Below, in pieces: positions 24,290 through 37,769 of a stretch of DNA of 64,000 nucleotides (position 1 is the first letter of the stretch; the number at the start of each line of letters is the position of its first letter). The stretch spans positions 20,336,001 to 20,400,000 of the forward strand of contig CM060732.1 in NCBI GenBank assembly GCA_030704615.1. Direction: 5' to 3'. The stretch is from Takakia lepidozioides (lineage: Eukaryota; Plantae; Bryophyta). The notes beneath the pieces were generated by a model. The model ran no database searches, was not told the origin of the DNA, and saw only the letters and a list, made by a program, of their open reading frames with translations. Made by a program: the position numbers and the translations under genes.

Positions 24290-27200
24290 AGATTTGAGTT
24301 TGTAGGTTCTTACCAGAAGCGAGTATGTGACAATCCCCCCACAATACACATTGACAACGGAAGAGCCCTCCGGACAGAAGGTCTCAACGACTTGGTCGAT
24401 GGCCGATGATCGGATCTCATTGTTGTAGTAGCGACTTTGCAGAGGATTTTCAGATTCTTCCGCCTCTATACGTAGCACTCTTGGGATGTATCGATCGTCG
24501 GCTGTGATGCTCCTCCGCACGACCTCGTCCACGTTGTCCCATTCCGCGTCTGCCATCGGAAAAATGAAATGGAAATGAATTACTGGAGTCTCAAAATTCC
24601 TTGTCTTGAAAAAAATCTCCCTCTTCGATGGAATGTAGAAGCTCGTCTCTATAAGGAATTTCCCCTTTGTGGATTGAATGTACGCTATCAGCTCACGAGA
24701 GCTATCAGTATCGGTGATGACACAGAATACGTTGGTCCTGATTTTTCTTGACCTCATGCCATTGAAGAGGTCGGCGAACTCATTCTCCGTCCAAGGCTCG
24801 ATCTTGTCTGGACGCTCATTCAATGTGCTGATCATGATGAGCGAAACAACTTCAAATGCTTTTGTGGCGAACATCCCAATCTCCCGAGCCCTGTTTCCAA
24901 TCTCGCACACACTGTAAACTCTATCAAGCGAACATCATGGAGTCTCTGCAAGCGATTTCACGGCTTGAATTAAATTCAGAAATTGAAGTGGTTGCTTCTG
25001 CTTTCTCGTCGTTGGCTTCATTTTTGCGTCAAGGTAGGGGTTCCCGAGAGCATTCTTAAAGTGCACAAACTAGGCCTTGTTGATTTCGTACTTAGGTTTG
25101 ATGGCGGTCCACTCCAACTTTGTGTATGGATGTCGGTTGTCCTTCGTTGGCTCCTTAAATCCAAAACCGACCATGATATCATCAATAATGTGCCTCCTCA
25201 ACTTCTTGTACTTGCAATAATCCTCTAGACTCAGAACATCGGGGTTAGGCCCAGTGTATAGATGACGCATCGACACTTTGTTTTTGAGTAACATGTGGGC
25301 AACCTTCCAAATCTGGCTATCATCCAAACCCTGTAGTCGAGCAACGCTAGATCTTTTGAGCATTTGCTGCTCTTTCATGGGGATATTCCTTTTGGGGTCA
25401 ATGAGCTCACCCTTCTCCCATTTCATGAACACTCTTGTCCAGTAATTCCAGGTCCGATCGGAGGTGAACACAAGTGGCATTGCCTCTTTGTTGCTTTTCA
25501 CATCCAGAATGGTTTGACCTCCGACCATGAAATCCTGCACATACCAGCAAGTGTAGTTAACTACCACGGGAGGTCTCCCTTCCTAACTTTCACATTCAGC
25601 CAACACTTCCTGACTTCCAGCTAATTCCAGCACTTCAAACACTTCCAGCTAACTTCCTACCAACACCTTCAACTGATGATTTAAAGCAACCAAGAGGATG
25701 TTGACAATTGGTCACTCTTTCTGGAGTGTCTCCTACTTTGTATTGCGGTGCTTCTCCATTTTCTCTTTCTGGAGACATTTTCGACCTAGAACAGAGTCAA
25801 ACCTGTGTACAGAACCCTTAAGTAACCAAGAGACAATCACATCATGAAGCATCATTCCCAACTTCAAATCTTGATGGTGCGTGGATCTCTTCCAGATCGA
25901 GAATATCACCAGATTGGAGAAAGAGAGAAGCACCGCAAAACAAAGCAGAACACATCCCAGATGACCTCAACGGAAGAGAAGTTGCTGGGACAACGAGTGT
26001 GGTTGCTGGTGTGTGGGCGATGAAATTGGATTTCGATCGACTATAATGTAGACATCCATTGCATCGCTGCAGTGATAGATGAATGGAAAGAAAGGACGGG
26101 AGACCTCCGGTGGTCACACTCACCTTCCACTGTTGAGTCTTGACCCAACGATGCTCATCATACTTCTGGGGCCGCTCCTTGTAATTGTAATATTTTCTGC
26201 AGTGACAGACCTTCTCATAGAAAGACGGTTTGTAAATATTCTCCTTGTTGGGCTTGTTCAGAACCTTGGATATAGTCACCAGTCGAAGCTCATCCGTCGA
26301 GTACACTATCTTAGCAGGCCATGTACATAGCGATTTTTTCAGGACATCATTACTCAGTGCCGGATCCTCCAAGAGCTCATGCAATCATCACAGTTCAATT
26401 GATTAGCATTAGAAGAGAGACAATCGAAAATGGACAATGGACAAATACATGGTCAAATAGTAAGTAGAATTTCTCGTAGGTGAGTTAGCACGGGAGACCT
26501 CCCCTGACCTGGGCTGCCATCAATGTATGTTGGCCTCCGATAATAAAATATGTCGCCTTCTGCAGTTCGCGCTCATTGACGGGTTTCCTGCTCCACACCT
26601 TCGTGGGATCGGTCTCGTGTCGTGGAATCAAGTAAACATGCATTTTTTAGTCAATTAGGTTGTATGCAACTAGCCTTGATTGAATCTCCAGCTTGTGCTT
26701 CTCACAGAGTGGTCGATAAACCATATGTTGTGGGGCCAGAAAATAGTGGTTGATATCCACTTCCTGGACGTATTCAAATCCAAACGGAAATATATCCTGG
26801 TATTGCTCAATGAGAGTCGTCTCGACCTTCTTCGCCTCATCCAGGTCGAAAATCTCGTCAGTCTTCACGTGCCTCTTTTTTTGGCTATTCACTATATCGA
26901 TGGTCTTTCGTCGTTTTCTTCCCCCCTCTTCTTCGTCATCATCTCCATTTCCTTCTTTTGGCTTTCTTGCTTTTTTCGGTTTCTTCTTCGTGTCCTCCAA
27001 CTGCTTTTGCTCCAATTGGAGTCGTTGTACCTCCAATTGTTGTCTCTCCTTGGCATTGTTGTAGAGAATTCCGTCAAGGTATTCCCAGCTCTTGAGGATT
27101 TCCATCTCCAGGTCGTCTTCGACAACAGGGACCCTGAATCCCATCCGAATCGCGAATCCCATCAGATCACTACTCAGACTCATGGCATCCACAGAGAACC

Positions 27201-27540
27201 CAAATATCTTCTCCCTTTCTTGGCATTCTCGCGGATGAACACAGCAAGGGTAACCCTGTTATCCCTCACGGAGTCCTCCATTTCAATTCCCAACACATCA
27301 CAACACAAAAGTGTTTTCTTTTTCCGTACCGATCTGGTAACGGAAGATGGCTTTCTCTGGGTTCGGGGAGTCAACAACGTCAATACCCCAATAGTCAATA
27401 CTCCTCTTTAGCTCATAAAAGCCATCATGCTTTATTGTGAATCCTTCAATGTGTGGATATATGAAGGAACCGGCAATTTCGGCGCTCATCACTGTGACTG
27501 ATTCCTTCGGAATCTTGGCAGCACAATCAACAAAAGAACA
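24290..27540 (-). pseudogene. Outer-element multi-exon gene with ParB-like motif and degenerate amino-MTase-like domain; several premature stops
   Basis: Reading through TAA at 26647-26649 gives KMHVYLIP...ATYFIIGGQHTLMAAQ (26524-26545). Next exon: WPAKIVY..LVTISKVLN..SFYEKVCHCR. Last exon: EIRSSAIDQVVETFCPEGSSVVNVYCGG, resembling MTase motif X-I. Confidence 0.65.
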
Positions 27541-29129
27541 ACCCGTTAATATAAACACCAAATAACAACCAACACAACGGTCTTTCCGAACCGTATGGAG
27601 CTATATCTCAATTCAGGGACGGGAGATCCCCCGTGACAACAATGAACAATACCACCAATAAGGATAATTCAAGTTCTCATAAACAGAGCACATAAAGAGC
27701 AACATGGAGGTTTCAGAACTTCAATTAGTAGTTTATAAATCAAAAACCCAAGGTGCTTCAAGTACACCAGAGATGCACTTCAATACAGTGACGGGAGACC
27801 TCCCGTGATCAGCTCACAAAACGCAACCCCACCTACATGAGATCGTTAACGATTGAGGCAAATGGACGTATATAAGGCAACAAAAAAAAAAAAAAAAAAC
27901 ACCCGTAGGCCAACATGTTACAGTATTTGCAAGTGCGGGGAACTACAATCGTTGACAACCTTGGTAACACAACCTCCTGGAACGCTGTGTTTTGCCATAT
28001 TTCTGTGCACTGTTACTGGAAAAAGTGAGGTCTCCCTGTCATAATATGCACATGTTCGCGGAAATAGGCGTCGTCCGCGTTAATAGGTGTCAGTTTGCTG
28101 TTATTGGCTCGAGAAATCGCGCGCCGAACGTAAGCCTGCCCAAGCATTCCCCACTTCGATGTATACTCTTGTTGCTCAACAAGTTCCGTATATTTCCGTA
28201 TCTCCTAGAACCTGTCGGAACAAGTATGCATTTTAAATCCGTATATTTGCTTTCTTTGGTAGACTTTGTATATTCTTGTAACTTTCAAATGTTTATAGCA
28301 CATCGGCCAGTAGCTTAGCTGAGGTCGCTAGGAAACTAGAGCGTCAGCCAGCCCTCCTCGTTGCCTTCCGAGCAACGTGGGGAAAGCATGTAGGGATCGT
28401 TTGTAGCTGCACTAATGATCTCTCTTGCATTTGGGCGGACAAAATTCCCGCTTGTTGGCAGGGACGTAGATCTTATCTCTTCAGCGTCCCCTGAGTTTGA
28501 AAGATCTGAAGTTAACTGGAAGCATATCAAGGCCTCTTCATTTAGCGGATGATTGTTGTCATCCAGGTGATTGACCACCTGTCCCTAGCGCTCTTCGTCC
28601 CCTCATTCTCTGTCTCCGAAATTGTGTTCTCGCCAGTGCGTACATACAGGCGTAAGGGGACGCTTCGCATACGAGACATTTTGCTTCAGTATTCATGTCG
28701 CTTGAACAGTTCAGTCATCTTCATATTGACCTCGCCCACAGTCTGTAAATGCAGAGGACAATCTCGTGAAACAACTCAGACGTTTCCTCCATCGAAGTGC
28801 TTTCACAGGTTGGTGTCACCACCGTAACTCTTTGCTCTCCTGTTGTCCCCCTTGTGTTTTTTTTTCTGCTACACACCATGAAGTAGCACTCCTAGTGTGC
28901 GTATTCAGAGTTCTCATTTTTATCATTTCTTGTTGTCCTTGCTGTTATTGGCCTTCTCTTCAGATTCTCTTGGCGGCGTGGTAGAAGTCCTTCCTCATTT
29001 TGTCTTTAGGGTTCACTATACATACTGTTTTTTTTTCTTGCAGCACTGTTGCTGATCTCGCCGGCCTCTTTTATCACTTGCCCTCGGGGTTGAGGCTGCA
29101 TTTTGAAAAAATCCAAAGGAAACGTCTGA

Positions 29130-30330
29130 ACAATGGATCAAGAACTCAACGAAGTCGTGTGGGTAGTATGCTTGGCGGCCTTTGGAGGCCATGGAGACAG
29201 TCAAGAAAGTCAAGTTTCCAGAAGCTAAGGTGGCTACAATGAATAAAGTTGGATGGCTATGACATTTCTGGGCTTGGCCTTGAGTTCATCGGCAAAGGTT
29301 GTAACGCATTGAAAGAGCAAATGTGAGCAAGTGTCGTGGCAGAACAAACACTGGCATCATAGGTCTGCACAAACTAGATCTCACTTGCTGTCGTGACCTC
29401 ATAGATTGTACACTCAGATAGTCTGGTAGCAATCGCATCAACCTGCAAGGGTATTCTGAGCCTCAAGATGGAAGCTTGTGGCCTTATCTCACAACTCGAC
29501 CTGTCCCGGTTATGCAAAGAATGCCCTTGTTTGTAAGAGCTTGATTTCACAATAGCAATATCGATGATGTCCAATGGGACGTTTGTCCTACTGTCTCACT
29601 GGAGCCGTGGTTTGTGTACAACAGGACAATGGATTGCAACAGCCATGACATTGAGAAAACACGGGATGAGGACTAGTGAACTATGTCCAGGCCTTCAGCT
29701 CTTGGCATTGGAAGAGATCTTGAGTGTCTCATGTACTTCCTGCTAAGTGATCTGAATAGGCTTCCCTGGCAGTTTCCAACATGATGGTTCCATCCTATAC
29801 ATAGCAGCGGATTAGGTACTTGACCTCCTCTTTTGATTATGTCTGTATGCTACATGATTGAAGTCAATTGCAAGACGCACAGCCCTTAGGTTTCTGAAGT
29901 TGGGCTTCTGTTTATACCTATCACTGATGAGGGACTTGCATACATCGGGGGCAGTTGCTGCAACCTACGAGAGCATGATGTATACAGGCTGGTGGCCACA
30001 CTTCCAAGCATCGCCAAAACCTTTTGCTACATGGAAGAGACAGATCTTTTTGTAAATTCCCCTCAGTTTTAAAATTGTTCTTGAACAGGTGGTTCGGTGT
30101 TGAGTATGACAATATATGGGCAATGCACACTATACTGGCTAACACACTTTTAAGAAGGGGGCCGGTGATAGAGTTCTAACAAAGTGGTTGGGTGAACTGG
30201 CAGGTCTCAGAACATTGACAATGCCGGGGTGGTAGCAATTGCCAGTGGTTGCCCCTGTTTGAGAGTGATGGACCCTATTGTAGGCATGTTACAGATGTCA
30301 CCATGCACTCACTCGCCCTGAGTAAGAAAA
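29130..30330 (+). pseudogene. F-box/LRR (FBL3-like) leucine-rich-repeat gene fragments
   Basis: Manual translation gives KLDGYDISGLGLEFIGKGCNALKE, SKCRG, LDLTCCRDL, SLVAIASTCKGILSLKMEACGLIS, AGVVAIASGCPCLRVM, interrupted by stops and frameshifts. Confidence 0.7.
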
Positions 30331-32314
30331 ATTAGCTCAGGATCGAGAAGGTAGCTTACCAAGACTTGTTGTATTCAATGAGGCTTGTAATCTGATTGCT
30401 CTTACAGATTGACCTTGATTGCTTTGGTCGTCCATATCAAAAATGGTCTATGTACCAGTTCTGATTACTAACAAGGTATGCCCATTCTTGTACTTTACTG
30501 TGTACATAGTGCATGACTTTAGTTGTGGGAAGAGGCCACTTTTATACTGTTGCACACTATGGCATCACTAGTTTTGGTATTGTTATCATTCCATACAACA
30601 CCAATGTGCTCCCACCATGCCTACATTGTTGCCGAGTGCATGGAAGTATCACTACTGTCACAAAACCTCGCAATATTTTGGGATGTGGGGGGAAAGGTGC
30701 AGCGGGCACTTCAGGTTTATGCACAAGGCTGAAGATGGTTTTTTGAAGCGAACACCTCCTTCTGTCCATACATTCGCCAGACATTTTGTTCTTGTTGGAA
30801 ATTCAGCATCCATTTTCCAGAATGACATCCATGTGAAGGGGTGCAGTGAACCGCATACACAACCACCATGGTCTGGAATCTATGCAAATTTGGAGGAAGA
30901 CATTAATGCACCCCCAAACAGGGATACAGTGTGCATGGCCGCATTATGTTACTCTTTTGGGCCTCATACAAACACTTTGAAGAGGGGATATGAGTTTTTG
31001 AGCCATCAGCTCATTGTATGCAGTGTGTGCAGTTTGTCCGCACCGCCTTCCTGCATTTGCTCGTCATTGTATCCAGTGTGTGCAATCTGTTAAGGGTCCT
31101 GTGTGCATGTTCATTGCCTCCTGTGTTCAATGTTCTCGCCAATATCACATGCAATACAGATGAGGTTTCAAAAGCATGGTGCGGTGATACGTGCTTCCAA
31201 GGTGTGACAGGGAGGGACACTGAACACAAATGTGTATCGAAGCATTTCACTTTTGGAAGTACTGTTCGACAGTTATATAAGTGAACAACTATAACATTCC
31301 AATATTGTTTAAGGTTGAAACCAGTGTTGGATTGGTATAATATAGGTGAAGGACTGGTTTATGCACTGCCATTATATACAAGAGCAAACTGGTCTCATTT
31401 GAGATAATTCTGTATCATATACGCGACCAGTGTCAGCATTTCTTTTTGTCTACAATAATATTCTTTTTCTCAATGTCACAACAACAATTCTCTGTAACCA
31501 GATTGTCATCAGGTGCATGGAGCAGTTTGACAAATTCAGGTAAAGACATTCTGCTGGGTAATAAGTACATGACCTTCAGGAGAGTTTAATATCACACAAA
31601 ACCCTTATGATTCGCACAACTATACACTGCATCATTTATCCCTCTTGCAACACAATTCAATTTGCGAATGAAATCCTGTTAAGTAAAGAGGTACAGGTTG
31701 TGGATTGCTTTGAACTTTCATACGACCTTCCTGCACAAAGGCAACCAGGAGTCAGTGCCCACCTAGCTTCGCTGGACCTCCACAATTATAAGGACATTGC
31801 CCATCAAGTAGGAAGGCCACTGAAGACAATAAGGCAAGGCATACAAGTGGGGTACATTAAGTCAGTGAAATCAACTACACTGAGGAGGTCTGATTTGAAC
31901 AGCCTACTTTGTCTCCCACTAACACATTCTAACCTTGAAGCGAGGATGTATGTCATTATACTGAAACTCCTACCACTATCCTTAGAAAAACATACGTGCA
32001 GTAATATATATTCTAGACTGGTATGACAGTACTGTGTTTGCTCTACAACCACAAGCACCATGGGAAAAACGTAACCACACACCGAAACAGGAGTACATCA
32101 AATATAGGCAATCACTTACACATCCACTCAGAGCACACATAAACACGAAATACAGACATTGCAACTCAGTACAAAGACAAACCGCTACTCCATGCATACA
32201 ATGGCACGGGACCACATTGTTGGAACACTGCTTTGAGGAACACACATGAAACAAGCACCCAACATTGAAAGCAGCAAACACACATAAGAAAATCAAACGG
32301 AAGGCATGCAGCTT

Positions 32315-33990
32315 CATATCCTGCAATCATCGCCCTCCACGACACCATACCTCGTTCAGCCATATTGTCAACTACTCCCTTTGCATCCTCAATGCTGCCA
32401 CATTTGGCATACATGCCCACCAGGTACAATTCCGGCTTTGATGATGTCATCATGGTCCTCTTTGCCCTTTTCCAGGGCTGCCAGGCTTGCACAAGCACAC
32501 CACAAGCACTGGGTTCAGAAAAATATTCATTCCAGACCCAAACTCTATCCCTTCTCCTTCAGCTATCCATGCTCTGCACAAAACATGCATACATCCTTGC
32601 CTTGCTGCTAGCAGCTGACAATGACAGCCTAGATTTGTTCCAACAAACACCCCAAACCTAGTTATCACACTAGTTCCTATGCCGACTTGCGCTTCCAACA
32701 GGCATTCACCTTTTTGCCTCGATTGTTCCACCCTTGACTGTGGTCGGAAACATATTCATTCCAGAGCTTCTCTTCGTCTCTGTTATCTGTTTTTTGATAC
32801 TTTCATGTTGCCACATTGGCAGTAACATGTCAAAATCACTCCAAAACCAGCATAGATCCACCAACTAGCTAACTTGCAGAATTCAACCTCAAAAAACTTA
32901 GGGACGACTGTAATAACAGAGAAAAATAGGCTGAACTGTGTTGAAGAAGGTGCCTTCATTAGCAGTGCCTAGTTTTATCAATTGTGCTGCTGCCACTGTT
33001 GTCTCCAGGTGACCATCTACCCACGTAGGTTTCATAAAGCTATTGATCCACAGGGATCAGAAGTAATCTTATGCTTGAAATCTGGCCCTCTTGGATGAAT
33101 CTGAACCTCTATCCCTGGTCCTTCAGCTATCCCTGCCTGTGTACAAATCATGAATACATCCTCAGCCTTGCTACTAGCAGCTGACACTGACAGCATGAAG
33201 TTCTTCCAGCAAACACCCCAACCCTATTTATTATAGTAGTTCCAATTTTGAATTGCATCTGCTTCTCTCTATAATCCAACAGACATTCACCTTTTTGTCT
33301 CCATTGTCCCACCATTGACTGGAGTCGGAAAGTGTTCATTCCAAAGCTTCTCCTCATCTCTGTTATCTGTTTTTGGATGTTCCACACTACCACACTCCCT
33401 TCATACATGTCCACGAGGGTATTGTTCAGAATGACATTTGGTACAATTGCAGCTCTGACAATGTCACCATGGACCTCTTTGCCCTTTTCCAGAGCTGCCA
33501 GGCTTGCACACGCATTGCAGATACACACAAACGTGATGTGGTCGGGCTTCACCCCTTCCCCCATCATTTGATCATAGGTCTCCAAAGCCTCCATAACATG
33601 TCTCTGCTGTGCATATTACCCTGCAAGGATCGCGTTTCATGACACCACACCTCGTTCAGCCATAATGTTGAAAACTCCCTTAGCATCCTTAATGCACCCA
33701 CATTTGGCATACATGTCCACCAGGACAGTGTTTAGAATGACATCTGGTACAATTCCAGCTTTGACGATGTCACCATGGACCTCTTTCCCCTTTTCCAGGG
33801 CTCTTAGGCTTGCACACACATTGCAAACACAAACAAACGTGATGTGGTTGGGCTTCACCCCTTCGCGCAACATTTGCTCATCGGTCTCCAAAGCATTCCT
33901 ACCACACCCATGCTTGGTAAGTCCTGCCAACATTATATTCCACGTGATCAAAGATCGTTGGGGCATTCTACTGAACACTTGGTCAAGCTA
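32315..33990 (-). pseudogene. PLS-class pentatricopeptide-repeat fragments, locally duplicated
   Basis: TWNIMLAGLTKHG..ALE..QMLREGVKPNHITFVCVCNVCASLRALEKGKEVHG..LVDMYAKCGCIKDAKGVF (33637-33978), repeated at 33400-33594 and 32330-32490. Flanks 32500-32800 resemble 33100-33380. Stops are present. Confidence 0.85.
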
Positions 33991-34160
33991 AATTGCAGGG
34001 TAAGGATTCTGAAACCCTAGATTCAAACCAGGAAATGGGCACTCAATAAATTCCACGAGGCCCTAGCCAGGGAATAAAATTTGCAGCAATTATAGACTTG
34101 TCAGTTTCAGGATATCCATAAGAAAGAATCACTTAATTCCACCTGAAATATTCTACCCAA

Positions 34161-34165
<5 letters not shown>

Positions 34166-34190
<25 letters not shown>
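34166..34190. repeat. (GA)n microsatellite followed by poly-A
   Basis: Directly visible. Confidence 0.9.
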
Positions 34191-34191
<1 letters not shown>

Positions 34192-35111
34192 AAAAAAAAC
34201 CTTTTCAACACTGATGCCATACATCTCCCGGAGCAATGCCATAATGAGGGTTTTCTTGCCTGCTCCAGTGGGACCATAGAACAGCAAGTGTGGACAATCT
34301 CCCTATGTTGTCTGTCAACCACACAGAGAACATCATTCATCTCTTCCTCAACACACTCTCTACATATTCCCATTGTTTGGCATAGGCCTTGTGAGACCCA
34401 AACCGTCTTGCAGGCCCTCAAGGCACCTTGTGGGCGTTATGAAGTATCTTTTCTCTACACCTCTGTATGCATCAGTGGTACATTTAGACTCCCAATCAGC
34501 TTCATAAAGTGTCTTTCATTCTTTCTTAGCAAAGATCAGTCCGTCCCTCCATATTTCGTCGAAGACCTACTACCGAATGTGAGCTTAACAGATCAGGGCT
34601 TATCTCATTGTAAACGAGGTTAGCTATTTCATGAGCATGAGCGGCATGAGCGGAGTAGCAAGACAATCGGTTTTCATGAGCAGAAGTACAAATTTTGGAA
34701 AAAAAAAAACATTAAAAAACCATTATTTTTAATGGAATGTGTCCAAAAAAAAAAACCAATATAATATTCATTGTTTGAAGTAAAAATTGTAGTTTTGAGA
34801 GCCGTGCTCATGATATTTTGTCTTCCGCTCATGCGAATTTCGAGCAACATCTGCAAAAATGGCGCCGAATTTCGCGGTAATAGGTTCCGCAACCGGAGAA
34901 ATCTGCGACGTATTTTGCGGTAATAGGTGTCTCCGGCGAAAAATGGTGCCGAATTTCGCGGCTATAGGTTCCAACATGGCAAGTGTGTAAGCCCAAAATT
35001 TGGAAATGTGGCGCCGAATTTCGGTACATGGTGCCGGGGATTGCACAGACGTTGGGCAGTTCTTGGGCCATGTAACTGGAGATTCGGCGCCATTTTTTCA
35101 GACATCAAACT

Positions 35112-36572
35112 TGCGGTGCTCGACGAGACCTCCTCGAGCAACATCACGGGACCACGAGGGAGCGTGCGAATATTCTTGTCAGCTCGCCATGAATCCTCTT
35201 CTCCGCCAGGTGCCTCGTCAAGTCTTCGTCTCACTAGACGGGTGTGAACATCTCCTTCCAAGTGTTGGCCACTTCGAAGCAATGGCGTGTCCCGAAGGTC
35301 CTCTCGCAAGGCTGCCGCCCACTTGCGAGGATTCTTCGATCTGGAGGTAGTCCGCATTAGCATTTCCTGCCTGTCCGGCCCCAAGCCCCACTATTTCCCT
35401 TTCAAGAACTCGTTGTACCTGCATTGCTGCATAATTGACCTCACAATGTCCTCCGTTGTGGCAGTGAGGATGTCCACCAGATGCGCCGCAGAGGAGGCAC
35501 GCCGGGAAGAATGTACTGATTCGGCCATGTTTGTTGTCGGCATGTCGGTGTCGGAGTCGAGACACATTTCCTGCACATGCACATGTTCAGGTTACAAGCA
35601 AATTACAAATAATGAGTAGCTAGCATAATATTCAACGGGACGCAAATTCGTCCAACTCACCTCCCGCATATAGTCGTCGAACTGGAGGAAATGATAATGC
35701 CACCATGCTAGCCAACTGACCATTGCTCCCTCGTCTGATTTCTTTACAACACCTAACGTTGTCCACCAAGCCCGTATACATGCAAACTGTGTCAGGTGGG
35801 AGCACGCTTCCACGCAAGACACATGGAACGGTGTTCCTCTCTGAAATCTGGCGCCACGAGCCTGGTTGTGTACTGCGACAAGCTCTGCAAAAAATGGAAC
35901 CCACAAGATCTCTCCTTGCTTTTCATCGGAACATTGGGGTTTTCCCTGTACACCCTTCGGATGGCAGCCCAATTTGCTTGTGCGTTGTCCGCCATGAAAC
36001 CACGGAAATTGGGAGGGGGCAATCTTGCCCTGGCCATTTGTTCGTTTATTCCCTTTCAAAGAAGCATCTCCGATTGTGTGTCCTCTTCTTTCATCTCACA
36101 AATAACAATTGTCATTAGCATCCTGCAGTGGGTGTCATAGACATGTGCACCCATTGTCACCCACTGGTGATTTGTATTTCGCTTGATATGGTCGAACATG
36201 ACCCAACTGTTTGACAAGTCCCCACTCGTCATCCGGTGGACCAGTTCGATGCCGCTGCCAGGCCCACACGTTGACATTTTGAATACGAAACAGCGATCTA
36301 CCTCAGTCCTTTGTCCTGGAAATCTACTTCCATGAATGTAGTCATATCCACATCGTCGCTTCACCTCCAGAATGGAATGCATATCCGAGCCATGCCCAAT
36401 TCTCTGTTTGCAGGAGACAATGTGGTTTGACCGTCATGTTTCTTATCCATATCTATCAACATTCTGGACGCCCTTGAATAGTCCGTTCGAGGAGGGAACT
36501 CAAAGAAGATATTACCGTCGACGTCTACGGGAAGGCATGTAACGGATTTAATTGCAAACTTGCTGTAGTCCA
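35112..36572 (-). pseudogene. Deleted transposase remnant of copy 2
   Basis: WVMFDHIKR, FMADNAQANW, CGFH and TTNMAES are retained but with stops and frameshifts; SWIM and most of the GCM-like region are deleted. Confidence 0.9.
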
Positions 36573-36974
36573 GGAATGCGGTCCCTGGCCTTTGCGCAAT
36601 AACTGCCAACGGTATGCAGTCAAAAGGTATATGACCAGTGCAGATGCGCTGCACAAACCAATAATTGTGGCGTCTGGCAAGAAGCGTGGGGGGGCGAGCG
36701 TGCAAGCACCTTCCCCATGGACAGAGGGAACTGACAGAGGTGGCATTCCAGTGGGTCTGATTGCAAGATTGAGTGCGAGACCCTCGCTGCCAAAAGTCAA
36801 CATTCAACAGAATGCAACATTGCACAAAAAGTGGAACTTTGGTTCAAATGAGACATTTTTATTAATAATGAACTTTGACAAGTATGCATGCCCTCACAAA
36901 CCGAGGGAAGCCAAAAGTATGCATGCCATCCATGCTCCGGTAAGTTGGAGATTTGCTCCCGTGTTGCACTGTTC

Positions 36975-37541
36975 TCACCAAGAAGCTGGAACCTCAATTG
37001 GCCTCTCAACAAGTTCATGACTGACAGGGTGTCGGTAGGTGAAGACAATGGATGCAGCCCGTTCGCCTTTGGTGTAGTGGACAACGGTGTCATCTCCTCC
37101 GATATATGCACCATCGTAAATCGAGATCTTTGCTGTGGAGACTCTATGTCCATAGGACTCATCCTCGTAGCTTATGAGAATGTCCCCATACACTGTTTGC
37201 GATGGAATCCTCTCTGGCATGTACGTACACCCGATGCAATCCTTGTAGGCCCACTGGCAGCACCTCCAATGATATAGGAAGGCCGTGCGGCTTTTGGGGA
37301 TGTTCCATGCTGGCGGAAACTGCACATCAACGATTCGCAGGCACCAAAGCCGCGCAGGCCCGTCCCGGCGAGGCTGATCGTGGAGACCAGGAAGGTACTC
37401 AAGAGCGGACAGATGCACCCTTCTCTGCTGAGAGTGGTCTATCCAATCCTGCAGGTATATGAAAATATCCCCTGACTTGGGCGAGAAGTCCCACGGGGTG
37501 AGATGCTTGTTTGGGCAGTTGCTGGGATCCCGGCACGCCAT
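36975..37541 (-). pseudogene. Captured host-like fragment inside copy 2, possibly LRAT/NC-domain-like
   Basis: Segment 36625-37740 is absent from copy 1. The ORF has PKSGDIFIY and SIYDGAYIGGDDTVVHYTK, loosely similar to the NC-domain GIYVG..VIHF motif. Confidence 0.35.
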
Positions 37542-37769
37542 CGCCGACTATTGAAAGGGCTACCAGGAAGCAGAGAGGGTGCGCAGGGAAGGGGGAGTGT
37601 GGGGAAGCTGAAGTGAGAGGAGCTCGGAACGAGCAAGTGCTGTTGCTGTCTCGGTTTGAAACGCGTGGGTCACGAGTGAAGGTCGGGCAAGTGGCAAAGA
37701 AAAAGAGCAACATTTAATATAGCCGTACCCAGGAATGAGGGGCAGGATTTAATTCGACATGGCGTCAAA

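Larger units (their letters stand above)
2750..27810 (-). mobile_element. Older, degenerate large element (host of the 5041-19308 insertion) marked by dispersed palindrome ACGGGAGA(C/T)CTCCCGT; encodes ParB-like, MTase-like and FCP1-like exons; ends not resolved
   Basis: More than 20 copies of the motif on both sides of the inner element (2759, 2894, 3339, 3489, 3581, 4080 ... 19429, 20417, 21047, 21963, 22808, 23157, 24187, 24212, 25566, 26096, 26489, 27619, 27790) and none seen inside it. All recognisable exons are on the minus strand. Confidence 0.6.

Noticed and set aside
28336-28760. Short minus-strand ORFs (also the ORFs in 30500-32300 and 45770-47000)
   Set aside because: No recognisable motifs or consistent exon structure.
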